A stretch of 64,000 bases of DNA from positions 98,148,001-98,212,000 of the forward strand of contig NC_086108.1 of assembly GCF_963921235.1 (NCBI RefSeq). Direction: 5' to 3'. The stretch comes from Mobula hypostoma. Its lineage: Eukaryota. The position numbers and the translations under genes are program-made. Shown here piece by piece: positions 47,013 to 60,029 of this stretch. The first letter of the stretch is position 1, and each line of letters starts with the position of its first letter. The notes beneath the pieces are model-generated. The model did not search any database. It saw only the letters and a program-made list of their open reading frames with translations, and had not been told where the DNA came from.

Positions 47013-48700
47013 AGAACATAGAATAGTACAGCACAGTGCAGGCCCTTCGGCCCACAATGTTGTGCCGACCCTCAAACCCTGCCTCCCATATAACCCCCCA
47101 CCTTAAATTCCTCCATATACCTGAATGGTAGTCTCTTAAACTTCAAGAGTGTATCTGCCTCCACCACTGACTCAGGCAGTGTATTCCATGCACCAACCAC
47201 TCTCTGAGTAAAAAAACCTCCCTCCAATATCCCCCTTGAACTTCCCACCCTTTACCTTAAAGCCATGTCCTCTTGTATTGAGCAGTGGTGCCCTGGGGAC
47301 GAGGTGCTGGCTATCCACTCTATCTATTCCTCTTTTTATCTTGTACACCTCTATCATGTCTCTTCTCATCCTCCTTCTCTCCAAAGTGTAAAGCCCTAGC
47401 TCCCTTAATCTCTGATCATAATCCATACTCTCTAAACCAGGCAGCATCCTGGTAAATCTCCTCTGTACCCTTTCCAATGCTTCCACATCATTCCTATAAT
47501 GAGGTGACCAGAACTGGACACAGTACTCCAAGTGTGGCCTAACCAGAGTTTTATAGAGCTGCATCATTACATCCAGACTCTTAAACTCTATCCCTCGACT
47601 TATGAAAGCTAACACTCCATAAGCCTTCTTAACTACCCTATCCACCTGTGAGACAACTTTCAGGGATCTGTGGACATGTACCCCCAGAACCCTCTGCTCC
47701 TCCACACTACCAAGTATCCTGCCATTTACTTTGTACTCTGCCTTGGAGTTTGTCCTTCCAAAGTGTACCACCTCACACTTCTCTGGGTTGAACTCCATCT
47801 GCCACTTCTCAGCCCACTTCTGCATCCTATCAATGTCTCTCTGCAATCTTCAACAATCCTCTACATTATCTACAACATCACCAACTTTTGTGTCGTCTGC
47901 AAACTTGCCAACCCACCCTTCTACCCCCACATCCAGGTCGTTGTAATCAAAATCACGAAAAGTAGAGGTCCCAGAACAGATCCTTGTGGAACACCACGAG
48001 TCACAATCCTCCAGTCTGAATGTACTCCCTCCACCACAACCCTCTGCCTTCTCCAGGCAAGCCAATTCTGAATCCACCTGGCCAATCTTTCCTGGATCCC
48101 ATGTCTTCTGACTTTCTGAATAAACCTACCATGTGGAACCTTGTCAAATGCCTTACTAAAATCCATATAGATTACATCCACTGCACTACCCTCATCTATA
48201 TGCCTGGTCACCTTCTCAAAGAACTCTATCAGGCTTGTTAGACACGATCTGCCCTTCACAAAGCCATGCTGTCTGTCCCCGATCAGACCATGATTCTCTA
48301 AATGCCCACAGATCTTATCTCTAAGAATCTTTTTCAACAGCTTTCCCACCACAGATGTGAGGCTCACTGGTCTATAATTACCCAAACTATCCTTACTACC
48401 TTTTTTGAACAAGGGGACAACATTCGCCTCCCTCCAATCCTCTGGTACCATTCTCATGGACAACGAGGACATAAAGATCCTAGCCAGAGGCTCAGCAATC
48501 TCTTCCCTTGCCTCATGGAGCAGCCTGGGGAATATTCTGTCAGGCCCCGGGGACTTATCCGTCCTAATGTATTTTAACAACTCCAACAGCTCCTCTCCCT
48601 TAATATCAACATGTTCCAGAACATCGACCTCACTCATATTGTCCTCACCATCATCAAGTTCCCTCTCATTGGTGAATACCGAAGAGAAGTATTCATTGAG
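47013..48700 (-). mobile_element. CR1 LINE ORF2 (RT), few disruptions
   Basis: ORFs 47921-48754 and 47172-47846: [45 protein letters not shown]. Confidence 0.95.
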
Positions 48701-50333
48701 GTTTGCTTCATTCTTGACAAAACACGCATTCAGTATCAGTATCAACACTATCACTGATATCCAGTTTCAGACCCTGGCAGAATACTTTGCAAGTTAGTGT
48801 TATACTTGCAGTATGAAGATTGAGATTAAGTTTAAGTTATTTACCATACACATTAATACGTATTAGGAAATTACTGTGGTGTGTTGGCATGACATGCAAC
48901 AAAAACTAATAACATCCAAAAATTATACAGAATTACATATATAAACTTAGAAGTACAGATACGGAATCAAATGTGCACAAGTACATAAATACCAGCTTGC
49001 ATTTACAATATAAATAGCATTATAAAATGTGGCTTTTAGTGTTTACAGTACAGTGATGGGGATAATAGATAGAAATGGGTGGGGGAGGGGATCTAGAGGG
49101 GAGAAATGTGCTCATCTTCTTTGTTTATGCAAAAGAACACACAACTTGTTTGTCTGCATAAATACAAGCGATGAATCAGAGCACATTAGTGAGTTTTATC
49201 CACCAGTGACTCAGTTGTCAGAACCTACACGGCACGTGAATTATTAATCCAAAAGTAATATACTGCTGATGGTAGAAAGCTGAAATCAAAACAGGATGCT
49301 AGAAATATCCAGTTGGTAAGCACCATCAGTGGGGAGGGAAAGAGCACTTTGGATGAAGGGTGAGACATAATACATTAGAATCAAATGCGTTTGAAGTCGT
49401 GGAGAAGTGGGAAGGAATTTAACACTGAATTCAGTATTTTCAGATAACCAACCCTTCCAGTTTGTTTCAAAAGTCAATGGGGCTGACGAAGCATTTACCT
49501 TTCAACAGATGCTGCTTAGCCTGTTCAGTTTTCCAGTATTCTAGACCTTTGCTAGTGCGTTTTGTTTCAGTATTATACCCCCCAATACCCCCTTCCCTTT
49601 CCTCCACTCCTGTTACAAGTTCTTTGATAAGGATTATCTACAATTCAATGTCTTTCAAAAATCTGAGTGCATTTCTTTTCTAGGAATGTATGGCTGATAG
49701 AAAATTTCAATATTTTGACCATGATAATAAAAGGAAGCTGGCTACTATTTGTTCTAAGCCAAATTAGACAAGACAGACAGGCGCACACATCAGAGTTTAC
49801 CTTGGCAATGAAGAAAGTGGAACTCTACGTGCTGCCTTAGGACCTACAGCACCAGGTTTAGGAACAGTTATTACCCTCAGCCATCACGCTCCTGAACCAA
49901 CAAGGATAACTTCACTCAGCCCAATACTGAACTGAATCCACAACCTGTGGTCTCATTTTCAAGTACTCAACAACTCATGTTCACAGTATTATTTATTACA
50001 CATTTATTATCATTTTGCTTTTTGTTTGTATTTGCATAATTTGCCTTCATTTTCACATTGTGCATAGTTTTTCATTGATTGTCAATGTCCACACGAAAAT
50101 TAATCTCAGGATAGCATATGGTACTTCGATAATAAATTTACTTTGAACTTCATCATCACCAATATCTTGAATTCATGAGTACTGTAAACAATGTAGTATT
50201 TCCTGTTTATTTTCCTAAATGCAATGAACAGGATTTCTAATCTTTGATGTTTTTTATCTGAGTCAGTTAAAGCTCAAGGTGCTGAGTAATCACCAGAATC
50301 TAAAGGTACAAAACAATTGACATTGAACATGTA

Positions 50334-51500
50334 CTCTCCGTGGCCACTTTATCAGGTATGCCTGTACACCTGCTCGTTAATGCAAGTCTCCGGTCAGCCA
50401 ATCATGTGGCAGCACCTCAATGCACAAAAGCATGCAAAAGGTGGGAGAAGATGGCGGCGCGACGCAGCGTGCGCAGCTCTCCGGAGAAATGATTTCGTAT
50501 TTGTTAAATAGGGGCCGTGGACAATTCTGATTTGACGGAGACAGACGTGAGAAGGCACAGAGGAACATCTGGAGAAATTTCTGAAATGCCCGGTTTGCTG
50601 CCGCTGCTACTGTGCGATCAAGTATCTCCAGAGGGAAGGCCCCAAAATCCATGGCTTTGCCTGCTGCTGGCGACCGAGGCTGAGGTTGAAGCGTTCAGCA
50701 GAGATGGCGCTTGGTACTCAGTGTCAGAGGGCTGATCAGAGCTCCAAGTTTTTCGGACGACTCAAGAGTCGGACTGTGGTCGGGTATGGCAGGGAGAGTT
50801 TTCTTCCATCTCCCATCTGCGTGAGATGTGGGAATTTCCAGAGACTTTGAGCTTTTTTACTGTGCCATGGCCTGTTCTTCATCAAGTTATGATATTGTTG
50901 CACTGTTGTAACTATATGTTATAATTATGTGTTTTTTGTTAATTTTTCAGTCTTGGTCTGTCCTGTGTTTCTGTGATATCACACCTGAGGAATATTGTAT
51001 CATTTCTTAATGCATACATTACCAAATGACAATAAAAGAGGACTGCGTGTCGTCATAATCTAATCTAATGCAGACATGGGCAATTGTTGTTCAGACCAGG
51101 CATCAGGAATAGGGAAAGAGAGGTGATCCAAGTGACTTTGACTGTGGAATGATTGTTGGTGCCAGACAGGGTGGTTTGAGTATCTCAGAAACTGCTGATC
51201 TGCTGGGAATTTCATGCACAACAGTCTCCAGAGTTTACAGAGAATAGAGTGAGAAACATCAAGTTAGCGGCAGTTCTGTGGGCCAAAAGGCCCTGATGAT
51301 CAGAGAGGTCAGAGGGGAAATGGCCACCCTGGTTCACTGACAGGAAGGTGACAACAACTCAAAGGACCGTGCTTTCCAGCATGGTGTGCAGAAGAGCATC
51401 TCTGAATACGCACCATGTTGGACTCTGATGTGAATGAGCTACAGCAGCAGAAGACCATACCGGGTTCCACTCCTGTACAAAATAAAGCGGCCACTGAGTG
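50334..51500 (+). mobile_element. Internally deleted Tc1 element (same family as 39900-40455)
   Basis: TA|CTCTCCGTGGCCACTTTAT...ATAAAGCGGCCACTGAGTG|TA; N-terminal transposase remnant at ~51110-51470. Confidence 0.9.
50437..51067 (+). mobile_element. Non-autonomous LINE-derived retroposon (631 bp) nested in Tc1
   Basis: TSD ATGCA (50432-50436, 51068-51072). 5' AAGATGGCGGC; 3' GACAATAAAA and (AATCT)n tail. No long ORF. Confidence 0.8.
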
Positions 51501-52631
51501 TATACTGAATGTTAGAAGTAATGCGCAGAATAGTCAGCGCAGCGCCATCCGCTAAGACTGCGATAGCCGTGCCTCACTCGCATCATTTATTGTGCATTAC
51601 TAGTCATCCTTGGCCAGCCCTGCTGAGAAAGTGGCTTCACAGGCTTAAGGAGGAAATGATTGAATCAAAGAAAATGCAGTAACTCCTCTAATGCTGTGAT
51701 GATGACGAGTTGCAGGTTATTGAAGGAACATCAGCAGCTGCTAACTACATTGAAAGCTGCAGTGACTGAATATTTCACCAATGAAGAAGGTAGCTTGCAA
51801 TATCCATTGCACAAACAACACAACTGATAAATATTGCACAGATCTACAAAATGCAAATTCTTCTTTGCAGATCAAGAAAGGAAATACCTTGAAAACAATA
51901 TCAAACTGTCCAAGATGCTGCAATCTGTAATCAATATCAGAATGGTTGACGATAAAAGACCACCAAAGGTAGTATTTGCACAGTATCAGAAAGGAAACTG
52001 AACAGAAGGGCTGACACTTTTATTTTAGCCATTAATAATTGAACAATGGCCAGCTTCATCAGAATAAAACCATAAAACATTCCCTCTGAACCCCATTCTT
52101 CAGCCTTCTCCCCATAACCCTTGATGCCCTTACTAATCAACTTCCACAGCTGTCATTGGTAATAAATTCCACAGATCTGCCACCTCTGCCTAAAGGAATT
52201 TCTCCTCATCTCTGGTCTTAAAGGGATGGCATCGCATTCTGAGGTAGTGTCCTCTGATCCTAGACTCTCCCACTATAAGAAACATCCTCTCCATGGAAGG
52301 CAAAACTCACAGTGTCAATACCATGTTGGGAGCTGTCCTTGTGAATCAACATGTCCCACTGAGGGCAGGATGGTGGTACGTGAGCCTCAGGACGAACACC
52401 ACCATACACAAGAAATTATTAGTCCTCAACCATCAAGGTCTTGAACCAGAGGGGAGAACTTCACTCGCCCCAACACTGAACTGTTCCCACAACCTATGGA
52501 TTCACTTTCAAGGACTCTTCATCTCACATCCTCAATACTTATTACGCAGTTATTATATTTGTACTTGCAAAGTTTGTCTTTTGCACACTGGTTGCCCGCC
52601 CTGTTGGTGCGATTTTTGGTTGATTATATTT

Positions 52632-52885
52632 GGTGTTACGGTAGCATAGTGGTTAGCACAATGCTTCACAGTACCAGGAAGCTGGGTTCAGTTCCCGCTG
52701 CTGTCTGTAAGGAGTTTCTACGTTCTCTCTGTCTCCTCTGGGTTCCTCCCACAGTCGAAAGATGCACCGTTGGGAGGTTAATTGGTCACTGTAAGCTGTC
52801 CCATGATCAAGCTAGGGTTATATCCGGGGTTGCTGGGCAGCGTGGCTCAAAACGTGCGAAAGGCCTGTTCTGCGCTGTATCTCAA
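52632..52885 (+). mobile_element. V-domain tRNA SINE
   Basis: A box TAGCATAGTGG, B-box-like GGGTTCAGTTCC, V core. Confidence 0.82.
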
Positions 52886-52919
52886 CAAAAAAATATGCTT
52901 AATAGATTGAATTTTATTT

Positions 52920-53177
52920 ATTTATTGAGATATAGCACGGAATAGGCCTTTCTAGCCCTTCGAGCCACACTGCCCCTTTTAACCCTAGCCTAATCACAGG
53001 ACAATTTACAATGACCAATTAACCTACTGAACAGTAGCCTTTCAGCTGTGGGAGGAAACTGGATCACCTGGAGGAAATCCACGCAGTCAGGGAGCAAATG
53101 TACAAACTCCTCACCGACAGAGGGTGGGAATTGATACCGTAAAGCGTTGTGCTAACCACTAAGCTATCATGCTGCCC
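52920..53177 (-). mobile_element. V-domain tRNA SINE, inverted relative to its neighbour
   Basis: Minus-strand GGGCAGCATGATAGCTTAGTGGTTAGC head, V core, (AAAT)n tail. Confidence 0.82.
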
Positions 53178-54158
53178 TCTGTTTCACATTTGTGAGCAAG
53201 TCAGGTTGTCTTTAATAATGTCCTCCTTTACCTATAGAATGTAGAACAAAGAATACTACAGCACAGTACAAGCCCTTTGGCCCATGAAGTTGTGACATAG
53301 AAAAGGCCCTTTGGCCCATTGAGTTGATACTGGCTTTCAGAGCATTTCCATTCCTCCACTAGCTTACTAGAAGTTTACAGGGAATTTCAAAGTGAGTTTG
53401 CCCACAGGGTTGTATCTGGTGACAGATACAATCTGTACTTTGCTAAGTAATTTACTTTGAACTTCAGTACCAAGCCATATAACAATCGCAACAATGTCAT
53501 GACAGTTGTTTTTAAGATAACCAGCACACCCAAACTCATCAGGCCAAGTGAGGGTTAAAACAACAGAGCATGTAACAATTATTTTGATGATTACAGGCAT
53601 ACAGTATATTGGTTACGCAGTGCATGTGGGAACACTGAGAAAGTGCACTGTCTACTGGCGTCATAGAATCCATCTCAGACATAATTAGGTCCAAGATATT
53701 CATGCCAGTCTTGCTAGTAATCATGTCGTCATTTGGTAATGACTAGCTCTGCACATTACTCACACAGATCAGAAAAACTGTAAACACAACAATTCTTACG
53801 GGTTCATAGCAGAGGGCGACTTGATAGAAAGCAAAGTTAACAAATGCTTAGCTTGTTAAACAACCATGATGGCATATCTAGAAGAAATTATGCAAATGCC
53901 AGTTATCAAAAGGATTACAGGCCAATATTTAGTGGAGTTAAACAGAGCCACACAATAGTGATCATGTACTTGTGATTATTAATGACTTGACTGGGTTTCC
54001 TTTCTTGGAAATTGTTAATTTTCAGCATTCCAAAGCCTGATTGCCTTTATGCAATATGGTGATAGTGAATTATCAGCGAAGTTGGAGAAATTCTAAGAGT
54101 GTTCTGCAGAGCCGTCTCCAGCGAGAAGTCTGCTGTAGATAGATATATATGACAAACA

Positions 54159-55733
54159 CAGTACTGTGCAAAAGTCTTAGGCACTCAATCATTTTTAATA
54201 TAAATTTTGTTTTAGATGTTTATATTTTTGTCTTCTGCATTAGTGTGTCAGAAAAGAGCAAATTTTAGATTTCCAAACATTCATTTTCCAAGAAATTAAG
54301 TGTTATAGATAAAATTCTGTATTTTGTTAAAGTAAGTAACATATTAAGTAATAGACCACTTATCAAATAAAAACTTGATCACTTTGTAGGTATATAATCC
54401 AGTGTGTGATTAAACAATGATAACAAACAGGTGCTAATGATCAATGACATATCAAGTTGAATGAACTAAACTGATTAACTATAACAGAAACAGGTGGAGA
54501 AGGAACCAAACCGGGCTAAGGACAACCAAACTGAAAAGTGAAGATGTGGCAGATGTAACAGTTTAACCTTCAAATCATCAATTCTTACAGCATACCAAGA
54601 GTGAGCATAGCAACAAGACACAAGGTGGTCATCCTGCTCTGCAAGGTCTCTCCCAAGCAAAAATTTCGCAGCAGAGAGGAGTTTCAAGATGTGCTGTCAA
54701 AGCTCCTCTGAAGAAGCACAAAGAAAAGGGCAAGGATGAGCACCAGAAACATAGCAGTCGGCCATAAAAACTGAGTGCAGCAGGACAAGAGGTACATTAA
54801 GCTAATATACCTTCTAAATCGGAAGAAGTCTAACATTACTATCATCTCTGATCTCACAGAAACCACTGGAACCAGAGTATACCCCTCAACAGTCTGGAGA
54901 AGCCTTGTCAGAACTGGTCTTCATGGAAGAGCTGCTACCAAATATCCATTCCTCCCAAGTAGAAACCAAGGCAAGAGACTCATGTCTGCATGAAACCAGA
55001 AGGTCTGGGCTGCCGAACGATGGTGACAAGTGCTCGGCACTGATGAGTCTAAATTTGAAACTTTTGGCTCAGATTGGAGACAGTTTTCCCGCAGAAGAGC
55101 AGGAGGGTGCTGCATGAGTGTATGCAGCCAACAGTGAAGCATGGCAGAAGTTCTTGCAGGTTTTAGGCTGCATTTCTATAAATGCAGCCCAGAATGGTGA
55201 TCTGATCAATATTAATGGAATCCTCAATGCTGATTCTTTGCCCATGCAATACTACCAAAGCGGGCAGCTGATTGGTCCCAACTTTATTCTGCAGCAAAAC
55301 AGTGACCCCAGACATACAGCCAAGGTCATTAAGATCTACCCTCAGTGAAACAAAGAACAAGGAGTACTGAAACAGATGTACAGCCTCCATAGAACCCTGA
55401 TCTCAACACCTTTGAGGCTATTTGGGATTACCTGGAGAGGCAGAAGCAAGAGAGACAGCCAAAGTCTGCAGAAGAACTGTGGCAAGTTCTCCAAGATGCT
55501 TGGAACAACCTACTAGCCGATTTTCTTATAAAACTGCATGACAGTGTACCTGAGAGATTTGAAGCAGATTTAAAGGCAAAGGGTAGTGACAGCAAATATT
55601 GATGTTTTTTTTTTACTGTTAGCTCTTTACAATAATTTTTTTAACATTTAGAAACTTTTCATTTCATTATTCTTGAATGCATCTTCACTTTAAATGATTT
55701 TTTATATGTGCCTATGACTTTTGCAGAGCATCG
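54159..55733 (+). mobile_element. Tc1 transposon (26-bp TIR family), decayed transposase ~54592-55602
   Basis: TIR CAGTACTGTGCAAAAGTCTTAGGCAC / GTGCCTATGACTTTTGCAGAGCATCG. TDESKFE, LQQNSDPRH, PDLNTFE motifs of the DD34E type. Confidence 0.9.
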
Positions 55734-56499
55734 TGCATCTCCCATCTGACTCAATATAATCATAACCATCAAATCCAGAGCAGGCCCAAATCTCAATTCA
55801 GACTGGAGTCAAGCAAGGATGCATCAATGCTGTAGATCATACAACAGCACAGGTCCTCCAACTCTATGTTGTGCCGATATTTTAACCTACTCCAAGATCA
55901 ACCTAACCTTTCCCTCTCACATAACCTTCCTTTTTTCTTTCATCTATGTGTTTATCTAAGAGTTTCTTTACTGTATCTGCCTCTTCTATCACCCTAGGAA
56001 TTTATGACCGATTCACTTACCACAGATCATCTCTAGCCAGTTTCCCACCAGCTAACTGAAGACAAATAAAAAGCTACTCAACTGCCTTCACCATTTTTCG
56101 ACAAGAAAGGTTGAGGGCAGTGCTGGGATGATTCTAATGCGAGAGTACATTTAGACTGAGCTGCAGCTGACAATGGTGGAGCAACAGCTGGATTTTAACT
56201 ATTTATTGCCAGCAGGTGGAAAGCCAGCACAAAATGTGGACTGGTCAAAGTTTTCTAGGTGCTGTACTTCAAAGTAAATTTTATTATCAAAGTACAAATA
56301 CATCATCATATACAAACCCAGAGATTCATTTTCCTGTGGGTATACTTAGCAAACCTACAGAATAATAACTATAACAGGATCCGCGAAAGATCAACCAGAG
56401 TGCAGAAGACAACAAACTGTGCAAATGCAAATATAAATAAATAGCAATAAATAACAAGAACCTGAGATAATGAGATCACAGGTGAACAGGGTGGCGATT

Positions 56500-56960
56500 T
56501 TAGCACACCAGCCCTTATCATTCAAGGAACTGAGTATGGAAATTGGGATGATATGTTGCAGTTGTCCAAGATGATGGTTGGGTCGCATTTGCAACATTGT
56601 GTTCTGTTTTGGTCACCCTGTTGTAGGAAAGATGCCATCAAGCTGGAAAGAGTGCAGAGCAGATTTATGAGGATGTTTCCAGGAGCTGAGAGACTGAGTT
56701 ATGGAGGGAAGTTGAGCAGGTTAGGACATTATTCATGAGATCAGAGAATGAGGGGCAATAATATAGAGGTGTATAAAATTAGGAGGGCCAATGGTATAGT
56801 GAATGTGTACAGTCTTTTTCACAGGATTGGGAAATCAAGAACTAGAGGACACAGGTTTAAGGTGAGAGGGGAAAGATTAAAATGGAATTCCAGGGGCGAC
56901 TTTTTCACGAGAGGGTGATCAATATATGGAACAGGATGCCAGAGGTTGTAGTTGAGGCAG
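56500..56960 (+). mobile_element. CR1 3' fragment
   Basis: HLQHCVLFWSPCCRKDAIKLERVQSRFMRMFPG. Confidence 0.8.
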
Positions 56961-56969
56961 ATACAAAGT

Positions 56970-57375
56970 TCAAATATTCAAAATAAATTTATTATCAAAG
57001 TAATCATATGTCACCATATGCTCCCTTGGTGTTTATTTTCTCTCAGGCATTCCAAGGAAAATAAAATCCAACTGAATTTAAGAAAATCTATAAATAACAA
57101 ATGTAAAAAGACAAATTCTGCATATAATAAAAATGCATGAAAATAATACTGAGATGTAGAGTCCTTGGAAGTGAGTCCATAGGTTGTCAGTTGAGTGTTG
57201 AAGTGAGTGAAGTTATCCACACTAGATCAGGAGACCGACGGTTGTAGGGTAATAACTGTTCCTGAATCCAGTGGAGTGGGACCCAAGGTTCCTGCAGCTC
57301 CTTCCCGATGGCAGCAGTAAGAAGAGAGCACGGCCTGGATGGTGGGGGACCTTGATTATAGATGCTGTTTTCTTT
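56970..57375 (-). mobile_element. Rex-Babar 3' end
   Basis: ASIIKVPHHPGRALFLLLPSGRS..GFRNSYYP. Confidence 0.82.
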
Positions 57376-57724
57376 CTTATTTCAAAAAAATAGAAAGAAA
57401 GAGCAAGTGGTACATTTGAATGGCACTTGGACAGGTACGTGGAGAGGAAACGTTTGGAGGGGTTTGGGCCAAACATGGACAAATGGGATTGGCTTAAGGG
57501 GAATCATGGTCAGCTTGGACCAGTTGAGCTGAAGAGCTTGTTTCCGAGCTGTGCGACTATGACTGTTATTCTAACACTAGAATACACATGTGGATTGAAA
57601 CAAAATATGGAAAGCACAGGAGTGGATCAACAGGCCACTTGTGGTGAGTATTTCAAAGTTCAGCTCTCTCAGTGACAGTATCCGAGAGCAGAAGTCCCAT
57701 TGAAGTACAGTTATCAGATATTGC

Positions 57725-57910
57725 AGAACACAAGCAACACACTCAGAATGCTGGAGGAACTCAGCAGGCCAGGCAGCATCTATGGAGAAGAGTACAGCTG
57801 AAATTTCAGGCCGAGACCCTTAATCGGGCCTGGAAAAAAAGTTGAGAAGCCAGAGCAATAAGGTGGAGGGAGGAGAGGAAGAAGTACAAGCAGGTAGGTG
57901 ATAGGTGAGA
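57725..57910 (-). mobile_element. Penelope pseudo-LTR fragment
   Basis: ATGCTGGAGGAACTCAGCAGGCCAGGCAGCATCTATGG..GGCCGAGACCCTT..GGTAGGTGATAGGTGA, as at 2310-2450. Confidence 0.8.
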
Positions 57911-58199
57911 ACATGCTCAGAATTAGTAAACATTGTGAAATTTGTCGTCTTTGTAGCAGCAGTGCAATGCAATACATAATAGGAAAAACGTGGATTAAGT
58001 ATATATTTTATTTAACTTAAATAAATAACAATTTTTTTGACCAATCAGGATGACCAGTGGACCACTCTTAGTCTGGCCTCTACCCTTTGACCTGTTTGGC
58101 ATAAGCCTACCAAGAGCCAAAGCAGAAGGCCCAGACTCCAGCCAACATAGCTTTCCAGGTCATTGAAGCATGCAATTTTATTTCTAAAATAAAAAAAAA

Positions 58200-58495
58200 G
58201 TAGTGAGGTTCAATGTCCATTCAGAAATCAGATGGCAGAGGGAAAGAGGTTGTTCCTGAATCACTGAGTGTGTGCCTTCAGGCTCCTGTACTTCCTTCTT
58301 GATGATAGCAATAGAAGAGCGCATGACCTGGGTGATGGGGGTCCTTAATGATGCTTGTCGCCTTTTTGAGGCATCGCTCCTTGAAGATGTCCTCAACACT
58401 ACAGAGGCTAATGCCCACGATGGAGCTGACCAAGTTTACCACTCTCTGCAATTTATTTTGATCCTGTACAGTGAGCCCAGTGCATAAACTAGACA
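58200..58495 (-). mobile_element. Rex-Babar 3' fragment
   Basis: KLQRVVN..IFKERCLKKATSIIKDPHHPGHALF. Confidence 0.82.
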
Positions 58496-59156
58496 TGTTC
58501 TCTTCTTCCCATGCAACAAAAAAATAAACAAAAAGAAAGATTGCCTGTTGCATTAACTGTGCTCCCAATAGTCACAAGAACATCAGAGACCAAGGCCTGA
58601 AATACAAGCAGGCAGACTTGCGGGAACATTCCTGCAGCTGCTCTGAAAGCCAAAGGGCCAAACCACCATCATGTGCTTCAGCAATACAGCAATGCTGACT
58701 ATAATTTACCTTGGGTTTCTGCTTACTGGAGACTGGACTCTAGTTCAGAGGACTGTTGGGCGTGGGATACAAGATGTTGTTGTGAATTAAACATTGATCT
58801 TTCACCTTTTGGCAAGGTTTAAGCCCAGTCACAGATGAGATTAATGCTTCTGCCAATTGTCTGGAGGACGGTTCATGGGAAAGGAGTAGGTCACAGAACA
58901 AAATCTGCTTCTTAAGCAGCACTAATGGGAAGATCTTTATCAATTTAATAAAATAAACATTTAATAACATAAACACACAGGTGTTTTATAGCTACAGGGG
59001 ACTTAATGGACCAAAATCCCATTTCCGTACTGTGACTCTACAACCCTGCCACCTGTGCTGTGAACTATGAACCAGGAGTAAATGAAATGGGTAGGCCAAT
59101 TTCAGGTTGGCATTGATATACTGGGCTAAATGCCCTGCACAAATCAATACAATGTC

Positions 59157-59470
59157 GGTGGCATGTTAGTGTAGTAGTAAGTGCAATGGCTTTACATTAT
59201 CAGTGATCACCCCATTGGGGTTAGATTCCCAATGCTGCTTGTAAGGAGTTTGTACATTCTCCCTATGAGTGAGGGTATTCTCTAGGTGCTCCAGTTTCCT
59301 CCCCATTGCAAAGATGAATGGTTAGGTTAGGGAGCTGCAGACATGCTACGTTAGCACCAGAGGCATGGTGAAACCAGTGTGCTCCCCCAGTACATTCTCA
59401 CAGTGTTAGTAGTTGACGCAAGATGATACATGTCACTGTATGTGTCAATGTACATGTGACAAAGCTAATG
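59157..59470 (+). mobile_element. V-domain tRNA SINE with alternative tail
   Basis: GTAAGGAGTTTGTACATTCTCC..GGTGCTCCAGTTTCCTCCC core; tail similar to 19340-19440. Confidence 0.65.
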
Positions 59471-60029
59471 TTTACAATACCAACTCAACTCAGTGGGTGA
59501 GGCAGATGCATGGGTAGGATTATTCTGCATTGAGGAATCAGCTGTATCAGGGGACTGTATAGGGTAGCTGCTGGTACCACAAGGTATCCACGTATCTGGC
59601 TCAGATCCCTCACCTCACTTCACAGACTGAAACCTTATGTAATAGAGAGACAAGGGACAGTAGATGCTGAAACCTGGAGCCACAGGAAAACTGCTTCGGG
59701 AACTCAGTGGGTCAGTCAGCTTCTGTGGAGTCAACTGGACAGTCAATGGCTTGGGCTGTTCATCTTGGACACCATCTGAAATAATGAATCTTCATTTCAC
59801 TTCACAAATGCTATCTGACCCTTGAGTTCCTCTAGTAGTTTGAGTTGTGATCTTTCTCAATTTACCCACCCTCCAAACCTAAGGAATTTATGTCAATTAG
59901 CATATCTGGCAAGGATTCAAATCAAGCCTTCATCCGTGAGCTCTCTTCCCCCAACGTAATCCAGTTTTGATTATGGGAAGCACAGAAGGCAAAACTCTTT
60001 CAATGTTACTCAGGCTGTTGGACAAGACC

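Noticed and set aside
52632..52700. tRNA genes (also ~5000-5060 and ~24000-24040)
   Set aside because: A/B boxes belong to SINE heads followed by SINE bodies; no complete cloverleaf seen.
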